DNA from: Nitrospirota bacterium
GTDB taxonomy: Bacteria > Nitrospirota > JACRHJ01
Assembly: GCA_963733375.1 (NCBI GenBank)
Contig: CAVTDB010000026.1
Coordinates: 160,001-224,000, forward strand
Length of the DNA stretch: 64,000 nucleotides
Direction of reading: 5' to 3'
A program made the position numbers and the translations under genes. The notes under the pieces are model-generated. The model saw only the letters and a program-made list of their open reading frames with translations, was not told the DNA's origin and did not search any database. Below, one piece after another: positions 10,357-20,568 of the stretch (position 1 is its first letter; each line of letters starts with the position of its first letter).

Positions 10357-11860
10357 TTGGCTAAAGTAAAGTTTGAGGCCCCGGAATTAACCGGTGAGTT
10401 AACGATACCCGGCCTGAAAGAAGACGCCGCCGCATCCGCCCAAAGCCAACATGCGCCGGTAAAGGATATGATCGACCTGGGCTTCCCCACGGAGCTTGTT
10501 CCGGATTGGCAGGAGAAGGCGATCGCCAAGTTCGACGAGCTTCTCAAGAAGTACCGCTCACTGAAGGTCTTCCTGGATATCTGCGTCAAATGCGGCGCAT
10601 GCACTGACAAGTGTCAGTTCTACCTTGGCACTAAAGACCCGAAGAACATGCCGGTGGCGAGGGCGGAGCTCCTCCGCAAGGTTTACCGCCGCTACTTTAC
10701 GACTGCGGGAAAAGTGCTGGGCAAACTGTCCGAGGCAGATGACCTGACCAAGGAAGTGCTGGACGAGTGGTATACCTACTTCCACCAGTGTTCTGAGTGC
10801 AGGCGCTGTTCGGTATTTTGTCCTTACGGCATCGATACAGCGGAGGTAACCATGGCCGCGAGGGAGATCATGGACACCGTAGGCTACGGTGCAAAATATC
10901 CCCTCCAGACCATCAACAAGGCCATCACCGTAGGCAACAACCTCGGCATGCCCGGCCCTGCTATCCAGAGCACGCTGGACTTTATGGCTGAAGAAGTACT
11001 GGAACAGACCGGCGTTCCGGTGAAATTTCCGATGGACGTAAAGGGCGCGGACGTATTGCTTGTAACTCCCTCGGCGGATTTCTTCGCCAGTCCGCACGTA
11101 GAGTCGCTTGCCGGATATGCAAAGGTATTTCATCAGGCGGGTATAAGCTGGACGCTCTCGTCGTATGCGTCCGAGGCCGGCAACTTCGGCATGTTCAACG
11201 GCAACTATGAGCATATGCGCAAGATAGCCGCCAGAATCAAGGTGGCCATAAATGAATTAAAGCCAAAGAGGCTTATACACGGCGAATGCGGTCATGCATG
11301 GCGCGTAGCCTACAGCTTCTGGAACACGCTCATCGGGCCGTTTGATACGCTCGACCCGAAATACCCCGCCCCGCAGCACATCTGCGATTTCACGAACGAC
11401 CTGATTAAGAGGGGAGCCTTGAAGCTGGACAAGACGGCAAACGACCAGTTCGTCGTCACCTTCCACGACTCCTGCAACGTCGCCAGGGCCACCCGGATAG
11501 GCAGCTATGCCGGCAGCCAGTTCGAGATACCCAGGGAAATAATAAGGGCGACCTGCAACAAGTTCGTGGACATGCGCGCCGGACACCATACGCGAGAGGA
11601 CATTCTGCTGCGGCGCCGGCGGCGGGCTCCTCGCGGACGAGATTATGGATCTTCGTCTAAAAGGGGCGATGCCGAGGATGCAGGCGTACAAGGAAATCAA
11701 GGACAAGGACGGCGCGAATTTCTTTGCCCTCATCTGCGCCATATGCAAGGCGCAGTTCACCAAGGTCTTCCCGTACTACGGATACGATATGGAAGAGGTC
11801 GGCGGTATACACCAGCTCGTGGGCCGCGCGATAGTGTTGGGCGGGAAGGAGGGGATATAA
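10357..11860 (+). CDS. dsrK: DsrK (HdrD-like Fe-S protein); single frameshift near 11580
   Basis: CVKCGACTDKC, CSECRRCSVFCP, GECGHAWR, FHDSCN; continues in another frame as TFCCGAGGG...ICAICK to the stop at 11860. Confidence 0.95.
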
Positions 11861-12166
11861 ATGAAAAAATCGATCTTGGCCGTGCTGTTCATATCCCTCC
11901 TGGCAATGGTAGCCGTCGGCTGTTCGAACAAGCGGGTGACGAAGCCCGAGCTTAAGGGTACGGGGCCGCTGGCACTTAAACTTCCCGCGGGAATACTCTC
12001 CCCGGAATACCACCAGCCGGTCGATTTCTGGAAACAGCATCACATGGACATCCTTAAAAGGGGCGACTACAGCAAGCACGAGTGCATGCTCTGTCACGAC
12101 GCGGACACCTCGTGCAACAACTGCCATGAATATGTGGGCGTCGCAAAGGTCGAAGGATACGAATAA
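11861..12166 (+). CDS. Small diheme cytochrome c lipoprotein
   Basis: Lipobox AVG-C; two CxxCH motifs (CMLCH, CNNCH); ATG immediately follows the dsrK stop. Confidence 0.8.
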   Translation: MKKSILAVLFISLLAMVAVGCSNKRVTKPELKGTGPLALKLPAGILSPEYHQPVDFWKQHHMDILKRGDYSKHECMLCHDADTSCNNCHEYVGVAKVEGYE

Positions 12167-12183
12167 TAGGGGAGCCCAATACG

Positions 12184-12669
12184 ATGGAAGAGAAGAAAGA
12201 TACGGCTCAAGCGGGCGCCGCACCGGCGCCTGAGGAACATCACGGCGGAAAATTCATGGCCGGAAGGCGCGCCTTTCTGGGCGTTTTCGCCGGATGCATA
12301 GGCGCTCTGGGCGCCGGGCTCGTCGGTGTCCCGCTCCTGGCGTCGTTTACGCCGGTCCAGAGGGGCAAGCCGGAGCCCGCGGTAATGAACCTGGGGGACA
12401 TACCTCTGGGTGGTTACGCGCAGGGTGTTTATGCCGGATACTCGTTCCTGGTATTTAACAGGAAGACCGGAATCGAGTGCATATCCTTGAAATGCTCTCA
12501 TCTGGGCTGCACCGTCAAATGGGTCGAGGCGGAGAAGAAGTTCAAATGCCCGTGCCATGACGGCACGTTCGACGAGCACGGGATAAATAAGAGCGGCCCT
12601 CCACCAGTGCCGCTCGATAAGCTGGATTATAAAATCGCCGGCGACAAACTAATAGTCGGAGGTGCATAG
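12184..12669 (+). CDS. petC: Rieske [2Fe-2S] protein of a Rieske/cytochrome b complex
   Basis: Tat motif RRAFL plus TM helix; CSHLGC and CPCHDGTF boxes; GPPPVPL. Confidence 0.92.
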   Translation: MEEKKDTAQAGAAPAPEEHHGGKFMAGRRAFLGVFAGCIGALGAGLVGVPLLASFTPVQRGKPEPAVMNLGDIPLGGYAQGVYAGYSFLVFNRKTGIECISLKCSHLGCTVKWVEAEKKFKCPCHDGTFDEHGINKSGPPPVPLDKLDYKIAGDKLIVGGA

Positions 12670-12670
12670 G

Positions 12671-13327
12671 ATGAGCAAGGTGATTGATTGGGTTGATTCC
12701 CGAACGGGGGTCTCCGAACTGCTGGACGACGAGGTATTTTCCAAAAAGGCTCCGAGGCTCGCGAAGTGGTACGAGTTCTTCGGCTGTTTTGGGGGGATGT
12801 CGCTTATACTCTTCATAATCCAGGTGCTATCAGGTACCTTCCTCCTGATCTACTATACGCCTTCTCCAGCGGATGCTTTCTCCAGCGTCGTCTTCATCGA
12901 CAACGGCGTCTACTTCGGCTGGCTCTTCAGGCGTCTGCACGCGGTCGGCGCGAATGTGATGATCCTCCTGGTGATGATACACATGCTCAAGGTTATAATC
13001 ACCGGGGCGTACAAGGCTCCCAGGGAGTTTCACTGGATATCCGGCTTCGTCCTTCTGATGCTCACGCTGATGATGGGCATCTCCGGTTATCTCCTGCCCT
13101 GGACCCAGCTCTCGTACTGGGCGGTCACCGTGCTCACGACCTCGTTCTCGGTCGTCCCCGTTCTCGGGCCCACAATGATGAAGGTTATACGCGGAGCTGA
13201 TACCGTCTCTGGACCGACCTTGGGCAGGTTCTACGCCCTGCACCTGGCGCTCCCGGTGGTCATGTCGCTCTTCTTGGCTTTCCATTTCATGATGATAAGA
13301 AGGTCTGGTATCCAGGAGCAGTTATAA
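12671..13327 (+). CDS. petB: Cytochrome b6-like (split cytochrome b, N-terminal subunit)
   Basis: CFGG, RRLH...IHM, GAYKAPREFHWISG, GYLLPWTQLSYWA, RFYALH...FHFMMIRR; four heme-ligand His. Confidence 0.93.
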   Translation: MSKVIDWVDSRTGVSELLDDEVFSKKAPRLAKWYEFFGCFGGMSLILFIIQVLSGTFLLIYYTPSPADAFSSVVFIDNGVYFGWLFRRLHAVGANVMILLVMIHMLKVIITGAYKAPREFHWISGFVLLMLTLMMGISGYLLPWTQLSYWAVTVLTTSFSVVPVLGPTMMKVIRGADTVSGPTLGRFYALHLALPVVMSLFLAFHFMMIRRSGIQEQL

Positions 13328-13342
13328 GGAGAGGATGGGAGA

Positions 13343-13775
13343 ATGAAATACAACAAAGACAACTGGAAGGGCGAGCTCGAACCTTTCTGGCCGCACGATG
13401 TCATCGACAAGGGGTTAATAGCCTGCATCGTAATAGGCATCTTCTTCGCGATAGCCTTCTTCATGCCGGACCTCTTCCTTCCGCCCCATGAAATGCCGGC
13501 GGACTCGACGAACACGCCTCTGGCCGTGAAACCTGAATGGTACTTCCTGGCGGCTTACCAGACGCTGAAGCTATTCCCGACGAAAATTTTTCGGGGGCGC
13601 TGCCGAGCTGATGGGGATGGGCGTGCAGGTAATAGCCATCACGGGTCTCTTCCTCCTGCCGTTTCTAGACAGGGGCAGCGAGAAGAGGTGGAAGATGCGG
13701 CCCACGTTCCAAAAGGGAGTCATAGCCGGGGTAATAGTATTCGTAGGCCTGACCATTTGGGGCCACTTATCTTAA
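13343..13775 (+). CDS. petD: Cytochrome b subunit IV (PetD/QcrC-like); frameshift near 13590
   Basis: PFWPH, TPLAVKPEWYFL (Qo-site PEWY); the shifted frame continues ...LLPFLDRGSEK...GLTIWGHLS*. Confidence 0.88.
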
Positions 13776-13797
13776 TTTTGCACGGAAGGAGCAACCA

Positions 13798-14334
13798 GTG
13801 ACAGGGAGAGTAAGAGGACTTCTTTTCGTAGCGGCTCTCGCCGTACTTCTCACTCCCGCTTTCGCGGCGGCGAAGGACAACTACTGCGGAGAGTGCCATA
13901 CCGCAAGAGAGATTGCGTCCTTCGGGAGTCTGACGAGGTGGGACAGGAGCATATACCAGCAGAAGGACACGCTCTGCCCGGGGCTCTTTGAGATTAAGAA
14001 AGAGCAGTACTTCACGGAGAGCAGGCTCCTGAAGTACGACAACTTCCTCACCGTGATGGAAGAGCAGACGCGGAGATACCCGGAATATTTAAAAGAGGAC
14101 CTGGTTAAATACGGAGTGCAGTACGCGGATCTGAAAAGCCAGAATGTAGATTCGATAGATGCATTCGCGGTACCGAACTTGAAGATCAAAAAGAACCTGG
14201 GGGGGGTGTACGAGACCTTCAACAAGCTCCGTGAAGACTACAAAATGGAAAAAGTGATCGGACTGGGGCTGCTGGCGGTAGTCATTATCTCCCTGCTCTT
14301 CTTCATGGGGCTCAAGAAAACCGTAAAGGAATAA
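13798..14334 (+). CDS. Membrane-anchored monoheme cytochrome c
   Basis: Signal peptide, N-terminal CGECH, C-terminal TM helix. Confidence 0.7.
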   Translation: MTGRVRGLLFVAALAVLLTPAFAAAKDNYCGECHTAREIASFGSLTRWDRSIYQQKDTLCPGLFEIKKEQYFTESRLLKYDNFLTVMEEQTRRYPEYLKEDLVKYGVQYADLKSQNVDSIDAFAVPNLKIKKNLGGVYETFNKLREDYKMEKVIGLGLLAVVIISLLFFMGLKKTVKE

Positions 14335-14347
14335 CGAGGTCTAAAGG

Positions 14348-16136
14348 ATGCTCAAAAGAATATTCGCAATAACATGTGCTGTTGCACTTCTGGCAGTCCT
14401 TGCCTCCTGCAATGAGAAGGAAGGCAAATCAGTAGACCCCAAGGTGGTAGCGGCCGCCGTCGAAAAGGCGGGTAAGACCGCCGACGCTCTGGACAACACG
14501 AACCTGAAGGCTTATGAGCTTGGAAGGCTTGGAGCCGCGATGGCGGAGCAAGGCGTACCCGGCGCGTCCGAGACCCTTGACGAAGCCCTGAAGCTGGCAA
14601 CGGGCGTGCGGGCGCCGTCGAACCTGGCGCTGGCGACAGAGCTTCGCGACCAGTCGAAGGACTGGGGGCCGAAGGACCGTGAAGCCATCGATCCCGCACT
14701 GGAAAGAATTACCAACGACTCCACCCGCGTCTGGGTAATCCGCTCCATAGCGGAAGGCATTGCAAAGTCAGACCGGGCGAAGGCCGTTGGAATTCTGGCA
14801 CAGGCCGCAAAAGATGCGCAAACCATCCCTAACCCGAGATATCGCGACCTGGACCTCCGGGGAATATCAGCGGCGCTCGCCGAGCTTGATTTTTCGGCCG
14901 GGATGGGCGTGGCCGCGAATATCTCCGACCCGAGGGTCAGGTCCTGGGCTTTAATGGAAGCGGGGAAGGCGGCAAAGGCCAATGGCTCAAAGGACGCAGC
15001 CCAGGCGTTTACGGCCGCTGGCGACGCGGCGGAGGCGGTTTTGAAGATGGAGCCTTCGAGTGAGCTGATAACCGATGCGACTCCTGCGGACGTGAAGGCG
15101 AAAGTCCTCGCTGCGGATAAGGGGAGGCTCGAGGCATATGCGGCCAGGGCAATGGCCAACGCCGCCCTTGCGATGAAAGATTACGACCCGGCAAAAGTCG
15201 TCGGCGATGTTCGCCAAGGCGGAGGAAATCGCCGATTCGATAGAGCAGCCGTACACCAAGTCATACGCGATGAGCGACGTCGCTATAGCGCTTGCCGGAT
15301 CGAACGCGACCGAAGCGGACGCCTATGCCTCCAAGATTGCGGCGGGCCATGAAGACGCGAAGTTCGCGGCGATGATGAAGTCCGGGGCCTCGGAAACCGA
15401 CAAATGCCGCGCCGGCTGCGATTCCGGCGAGATGGCCAAGGCTGTCAGTGTCGCGGAATCCATATCCGATCCCTACGACAGGGCGAAGGCGCTGGAGCTT
15501 ACGGCAACCGCCCTGGCGGCCTGTGACCCGAAGCAGGCCGAGGAAATTGCGGGGAAGATGGAGTATGTCGCGCTTAAAAATTCGGTATTGGCATCCCTTG
15601 CGGTCGCGGCCTCAAAAGGGGGAGATGAGCAGTTTAAAAAGGCCCTCGATAAGATAGATGAGCCGAGGTTCGCCAAGGATGAGGCGGTTTACGCCAAAGC
15701 CTGCGCGCTGGTCGGCGCCGCCGAAATAAAGGCGAAGACGGAACCAGCCGCCGCCGTAAAGATCTACGGGAAGGCCGCCACGGCAGCGGCCGATGCAAAA
15801 AGCCAGGCGCTCCAGTGGAAGATAGCGGTGGAACTTTGCAGGCTGGACCCGGACAAGCTTGTGAATTATGCCGCAAAGCTCGAAGGGGACGACGCTACCA
15901 AGGCAGCCGCTCTCACCGAGGTCGCGGCGGATTGGTCGGCTAAGGGCGATTACCGTTCTCCCATGGTCTGGGACATGGCGGTGAAGTCCGCGATGGCAGT
16001 GGATGACAAGACCGCTTCGGCGGAGCTTCTGAGCAAGATCGCTTCGTCCTGCGCGAAATATGATAAGGCCAGGGCCGCAGCCATATTCAGCAAAGCCCTT
16101 GAGAAGGCCGGGAAAATAGGCGTAGTCCAGAGTTGA
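14348..16136 (+). CDS. Large Ala-rich helical-repeat lipoprotein (~595 aa; frameshift near 15200)
   Basis: Lipobox LAS-C; repeated A..I.DP..R..AL helical motifs; two overlapping ORFs with the same composition and codon usage. Confidence 0.65.
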
Positions 16137-16164
16137 CGGCAAGAACCTTAAGAGGAGGAACTCA

Positions 16165-16521
16165 ATGAAAATAGGCGTAATGATACAGGAAGGCCCGTAC
16201 AACCACGAGGCCTCCGACACCGCCTACAATTTTATCGAAGCGGCAATGGCGAAAGGCCATTCCATCCAGGGTGTTTTCTTGTATGACGACGCAGTAACGA
16301 ACGTCGCCAAAAGCATGGAGCCGCCCATGGATGACAGGCATATAGCCAGGAGATGGTCGGAATTGGGAGCGAAAGGCGTGGATATAATAGTCTGCGTAGC
16401 GGCGGCCAAGAGGCGCGGCATAAGCCCAAGCCTTATCGTGGACAATACCAGGATTTCCGGCCTGGGCCAGCTTAGCGAGATATGCACCGAAGCTGAGCGC
16501 GTCGTCACCTTCGGCGACTGA
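16165..16521 (+). CDS. dsrE: Sulfurtransferase DsrE
   Basis: EGPYNHEASDTAYNF, PPMDDRHI, active-site VCVAAAKRRG, ISGLGQL. Confidence 0.95.
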   Translation: MKIGVMIQEGPYNHEASDTAYNFIEAAMAKGHSIQGVFLYDDAVTNVAKSMEPPMDDRHIARRWSELGAKGVDIIVCVAAAKRRGISPSLIVDNTRISGLGQLSEICTEAERVVTFGD

Positions 16522-16538
16522 GGAAAGGAGACTCAAAA

Positions 16539-16895
16539 GTGGCAAAGATAATGTTCGTAAACAGAAATGCACCCCACGGGACGATATATGCCTGGGAGGG
16601 TCTCGAGGTCATCCTTATCTTCGGCGCGTATGAAAACGAACTCGCTGCGGTATATATGGACGACGGCGTATTCTGCCTGAAGAAGGGCCAGGATACCTCC
16701 GGAATAGGCATAAAAGGGTTTATCAAGACCCTTCCGGTGCTCGAAGATTACGGCTGCGAAAAGATATACGTCGATAAGGAATCGATGGAGAAAAGGGGCC
16801 TGACGCCGGACGATTTCGCGATACCGGTTGAGGTGATGGATTCGGCGGGGATCGGGAAGGTTATGGCGGAGCAGGACGTTATCCTGCCGTTTTAG
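16539..16895 (+). CDS. dsrF: DsrF
   Basis: MFVNRNAPHGTIYAWEGLEV, MDDGVFCLKKGQDT. Confidence 0.95.
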   Translation: MAKIMFVNRNAPHGTIYAWEGLEVILIFGAYENELAAVYMDDGVFCLKKGQDTSGIGIKGFIKTLPVLEDYGCEKIYVDKESMEKRGLTPDDFAIPVEVMDSAGIGKVMAEQDVILPF

Positions 16896-16911
16896 ATAAG
16901 GAGGAGCAACC

Positions 16912-17205
16912 GTGCTTCATATAGTAAATAAATCTCCGTACATGAAGGGTAGTCTGGAGAGCTGCATAAGGGTCGCGCAGAAGGACGACCCGATCCTGCT
17001 GATTGAAGACGCCGTACTCGGCGTCGCCGCCGGCGGAGGCATTGAGAGCCTGATTCAGGGCGCGATGAAAGATCATCAGATCTATGCCCTGGGCGCGGAC
17101 CTCCTGGCGAGAGGCATAGACGGCCTGACTCCTGGCGTGAAGGTGGTGGACTACGGCGGGTTTGTCGAGCTTGTCGAACAGCACAGGACGATGACCTGGC
17201 TTTAA
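16912..17205 (+). CDS. dsrH: DsrH
   Basis: MLHIVNKSPY...LESC, LLIEDAV, DLLARG, VDYGGFVEL. Confidence 0.95.
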   Translation: MLHIVNKSPYMKGSLESCIRVAQKDDPILLIEDAVLGVAAGGGIESLIQGAMKDHQIYALGADLLARGIDGLTPGVKVVDYGGFVELVEQHRTMTWL

Positions 17206-17879
17206 TGAGTATGGACAGGAACATCCTGTCGGACCTTCTGCTTGCGCGAAAATATCGGGAAGCGATGGACCTGATAAAAAAAAGACATAGCCGTTTAAGG
17301 ATCCTCCTGGGCCTTTTGTATTCCGAGGAAGAGCTGGTCAGGTGGAGGGCCGTGACATTGCTGGGGCTGATTGCCGCCGACGGCGAAACCGACCTGGCCC
17401 CGGCGGTGAAGAAGCTGCTGTGGTTTCTTAACGAAGAATCCAGCACGGTCGGCTGGTGTTCCGCGCAGGCTATCGCCGAGATATACAGAAATAATCCGGG
17501 CATGGCCAGGGACGCGATACGGGTCGTGCTCCACCTGTCGGACGATCCGGAGATATCTCTGCCCGCCAACAGGAACACTCCTATACTCGCGGGGTCCATC
17601 TGGGCCATCGGGATACTGGCGGAAGACGAGCCGGCGCTTGTCTCGGAGATGGGTCCGGCGCTGACGGAATTTTTAAAAGACCCCGACCCCTCGATAAGGG
17701 GCTTTTCCGCATGGGCCCTGGGCAGAATGGGTTTCCAGGAGGCGGAAGAAGGACTCAGGGCGCTTGCCCATGATGACTCATTCGTTAATCTTTACGAGGA
17801 TGATTCACTTAAAAATATTACTGTAGCGCGCGCCGCAGGAGACGCGCTTGAGAATATTCAGAAAAAAAACGGAGAATGA
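17205..17879 (+). CDS. HEAT-repeat protein (DVU0298-like)
   Basis: [37 protein letters not shown]; TAATG overlap with dsrH. Confidence 0.7.
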   Translation: MSMDRNILSDLLLARKYREAMDLIKKRHSRLRILLGLLYSEEELVRWRAVTLLGLIAADGETDLAPAVKKLLWFLNEESSTVGWCSAQAIAEIYRNNPGMARDAIRVVLHLSDDPEISLPANRNTPILAGSIWAIGILAEDEPALVSEMGPALTEFLKDPDPSIRGFSAWALGRMGFQEAEEGLRALAHDDSFVNLYEDDSLKNITVARAAGDALENIQKKNGE

Positions 17880-17953
17880 AGGAGGTGAGGAAAGCCAGGC
17901 CGGCTTTAGATTTTAGAGGTCTATTTTATACACCAGAAAAGGAGAAAGTACTG

Positions 17954-19138
17954 ATGTCTGATACCCCATTGATTGACCAGCTTGAAACCGGCCCATGGCC
18001 GAGCTTCATCAGCGACATTAAAAGGATGGCCAAAACGAATGCCATGTGCAAGGACCTTCTGGGGCTCCTCGAAATGTCCTACAAGGACAAGAGGACGCAC
18101 TGGAAACACGGCGGCATAGTCGGTGTCCGCGGCTACGGCGGCGGCATCATAGGCCGCTATTCCGATTCTCCGGAGATGTTCCCGAACGTATCCCACTTCC
18201 ACACCGTCCGCGTCAACCAGCCGGCCGGGTGGTTCTACAACACGTCTTCTCTCCGTTACCTCTGCGACCTCTGGGAGAAGCACGGCTCGGGCCTCACGAA
18301 CATGCACGGCTCGACCGGCGACATGGTCATGCTCGGCACCACCACCGAACACCTTGAGGACATCTTCACCGACCTCTCGGAGCATGGCTGGGATCTGGGC
18401 GGCTCCGGCTCGGACGTCCGCACCCCGTCCTGCTGCAACGGCATGGCCCGCTGCGAGTACGCCTGCATCGATACCATGAACATATGCCACGACATAACGA
18501 ACGAGTACCAGGACGAGCTTCACAGGCCGGCCTTCCCGTACAAGTTCAAGTTCAAATTCTCGGGTTGCCCGAACGACTGCGTCGCATCCATCGCGCGTTC
18601 CGACTGCTCCGTCATCGGCACCTGGAGGGACGCCATCCAGCAGGACGACGCCGCCGTGGCCGAGTACGCCAAGGGCGGAAAAATCGACATAGCGAACGAC
18701 GTCGTCGGGAAATGCCCCACGGGCTGCATGTCCTGGGACGGCTCGAAGCTCTCGATAGACAACTCCAACTGCAACCGCTGCATGCACTGCATAAACCTCA
18801 TGCCGAAGGCGCTCCGCCCCGGCAAGGACAAGGGCGCGATGGTACTGCTTGGCGCGAAGGCCCCGATCGTCCAGGGCGCGCTGCTCGCATCCGTTGTAGT
18901 GCCGTTTATAAAGATGGAAGCCCCTTACACCGAGTTCAAGGAGCTTATCGCGAAGATATGGGAAGTATGGGACGAGCACGGCGAGAGCAGGGAGCGCATA
19001 GGCGAGATGATCGTGCGCATAGGCAAGGGCAACTTCATCGAAGAGGTAGGCCTGGAGCCGGTCCCGTCCATGATAAAGGAGCCGAGGTCCAACCCCTACA
19101 TCTTCTACGAAGAGTTCTTTGAAGAAGAAGAGGCGTAG
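17954..19138 (+). CDS. dsrA: Dissimilatory sulfite reductase alpha subunit (reductive bacterial-type signature)
   Basis: [51 protein letters not shown]...GCPNDC; start at ATG 17954 after an AAGGAG SD. Confidence 0.98.
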   Translation: MSDTPLIDQLETGPWPSFISDIKRMAKTNAMCKDLLGLLEMSYKDKRTHWKHGGIVGVRGYGGGIIGRYSDSPEMFPNVSHFHTVRVNQPAGWFYNTSSLRYLCDLWEKHGSGLTNMHGSTGDMVMLGTTTEHLEDIFTDLSEHGWDLGGSGSDVRTPSCCNGMARCEYACIDTMNICHDITNEYQDELHRPAFPYKFKFKFSGCPNDCVASIARSDCSVIGTWRDAIQQDDAAVAEYAKGGKIDIANDVVGKCPTGCMSWDGSKLSIDNSNCNRCMHCINLMPKALRPGKDKGAMVLLGAKAPIVQGALLASVVVPFIKMEAPYTEFKELIAKIWEVWDEHGESRERIGEMIVRIGKGNFIEEVGLEPVPSMIKEPRSNPYIFYEEFFEEEEA

Positions 19139-19220
19139 GCGGGAGGTTCATCCGGGTTGTTGTGGTAGTTTAATATAAATAAACTGATGAATAAATAAAT
19201 CAGACGGAGGGATTAAGAAA

Positions 19221-20297
19221 ATGGCAGCTCCGAAGAGAAAGACAGACATAGGGCCACCCCATTACGAACAGATGCTCCACCCGACGGTGAAGGCCAATTA
19301 CGGAAAATGGAAGTACCATGAGAATATCAAGCCGGGCGTCCTCATGCACGTCTCCGAGACCGGCGACAAGATCTACACCGTCAGGGGCGCGTCCTCGAGG
19401 CTTATCAGCATCGAGAAGATAAGGGATTACTGCAACCTGGCCGACAAGTACTGCGACGGCTACTTAAGGTTCACAAGCCGCAACAACGTCGAGTTCCTGA
19501 CCGAAAAGGAAGCCAACGTCCAGCCGCTGATCGACGAGATGAACAAGCAGGGCATCCCCGTCGGCGGCACCGGCAACAGCATATCCAACATCGTCCATAC
19601 CCAGGGCTGGGTACATTGCCACAGCTCCGCGACGGACGCCTCCGGCGTGGTCAAGGCCACGATGGACGAGCTGATGGACTACTTCACGTCCATGACCCTG
19701 CCCGCGCATTTAAGGATAGCGGTCGCCTGCTGCCTGAACATGTGCGGCGCCGTCCACTGCTCGGACATCTCGATCCTCGGCATACACAGGACCCCGCCGA
19801 CCATCGACCACTCCAAGCTCGGCAACATGTGCGAGATACCGTCAACCGTCGCCTCCTGCCCGAAGGCCGCCATACGCCCGAAGATGGTCGATGGCAAGCA
19901 GTCGGTCGAGGTCATCGAAGACCTCTGCATGTACTGCGGCAACTGCTACACGGTCTGCCCGGCGATGCCGATAGCCAACCCGCTTAACGACGGCATCTCG
20001 ATATGGGTCGGCGGCAAGGTCTCGAACTCCAGGCACGAGCCGATGTTCTCGAAGCTCGCGATACCGTACCTCCCGAACAACCCGCCGCGCTGGCCGGAAG
20101 TCACCTCAGCGGTAAAGAACATCGTCGAGACCTACGCCGGTGACGCGAAGAAGTACGAGAGGGTCGGCGAGTGGATAAACAGGATAGGCTGGCAGAAGTT
20201 CTTCGAGAAGACCGGCCTCGAGTTCACGAAGTACCACATTGACGACTTTACCCTGGCGTCCAGCACGTACAATTCCTCTACACATGTCAAATTTTAG
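19221..20297 (+). CDS. dsrB: Dissimilatory sulfite reductase beta subunit
   Basis: [59 protein letters not shown]. Confidence 0.98.
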   Translation: MAAPKRKTDIGPPHYEQMLHPTVKANYGKWKYHENIKPGVLMHVSETGDKIYTVRGASSRLISIEKIRDYCNLADKYCDGYLRFTSRNNVEFLTEKEANVQPLIDEMNKQGIPVGGTGNSISNIVHTQGWVHCHSSATDASGVVKATMDELMDYFTSMTLPAHLRIAVACCLNMCGAVHCSDISILGIHRTPPTIDHSKLGNMCEIPSTVASCPKAAIRPKMVDGKQSVEVIEDLCMYCGNCYTVCPAMPIANPLNDGISIWVGGKVSNSRHEPMFSKLAIPYLPNNPPRWPEVTSAVKNIVETYAGDAKKYERVGEWINRIGWQKFFEKTGLEFTKYHIDDFTLASSTYNSSTHVKF

Positions 20298-20303
20298 GGG
20301 GGT

Positions 20304-20555
20304 ATGATCATGGCGTCCATAGAAGAGATCAAAGACTACATATTCCACAAAGTGGAGTCTTACGCTGGCAAGAAGCAGGTGAAGGTGCCGATTCTCAGCC
20401 AGGAAGTGATCGAACATTTCGGCGAGGCCGAATGCTCGAAGAAGGACGTGAAGCAAGCCCTGAAGGAGCTTATAGACGACGAGAAACTCGTATATGGCTA
20501 CTTCGGCGGCACTACACTCGAAATACCGCACACAGAAGGAAGCGCGAACGCGTAA
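20304..20555 (+). CDS. dsrD: DsrD
   Basis: ~80 aa winged-helix-like ORF directly after dsrB; KQALKELIDDEKLVYGYFGGT. Confidence 0.82.
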   Translation: MIMASIEEIKDYIFHKVESYAGKKQVKVPILSQEVIEHFGEAECSKKDVKQALKELIDDEKLVYGYFGGTTLEIPHTEGSANA

Positions 20556-20568
20556 ACGGAGATGAACA

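Noticed and set aside
17876-17953. N-terminal extension of DsrA in the ORF track
   Set aside because: Homology begins at MSDTP (ATG 17954), which has its own SD
17921-18979. Long antisense ORFs over dsrA and other GC-rich genes
   Set aside because: Shadow ORFs caused by high GC3 codon bias; no recognisable motifs
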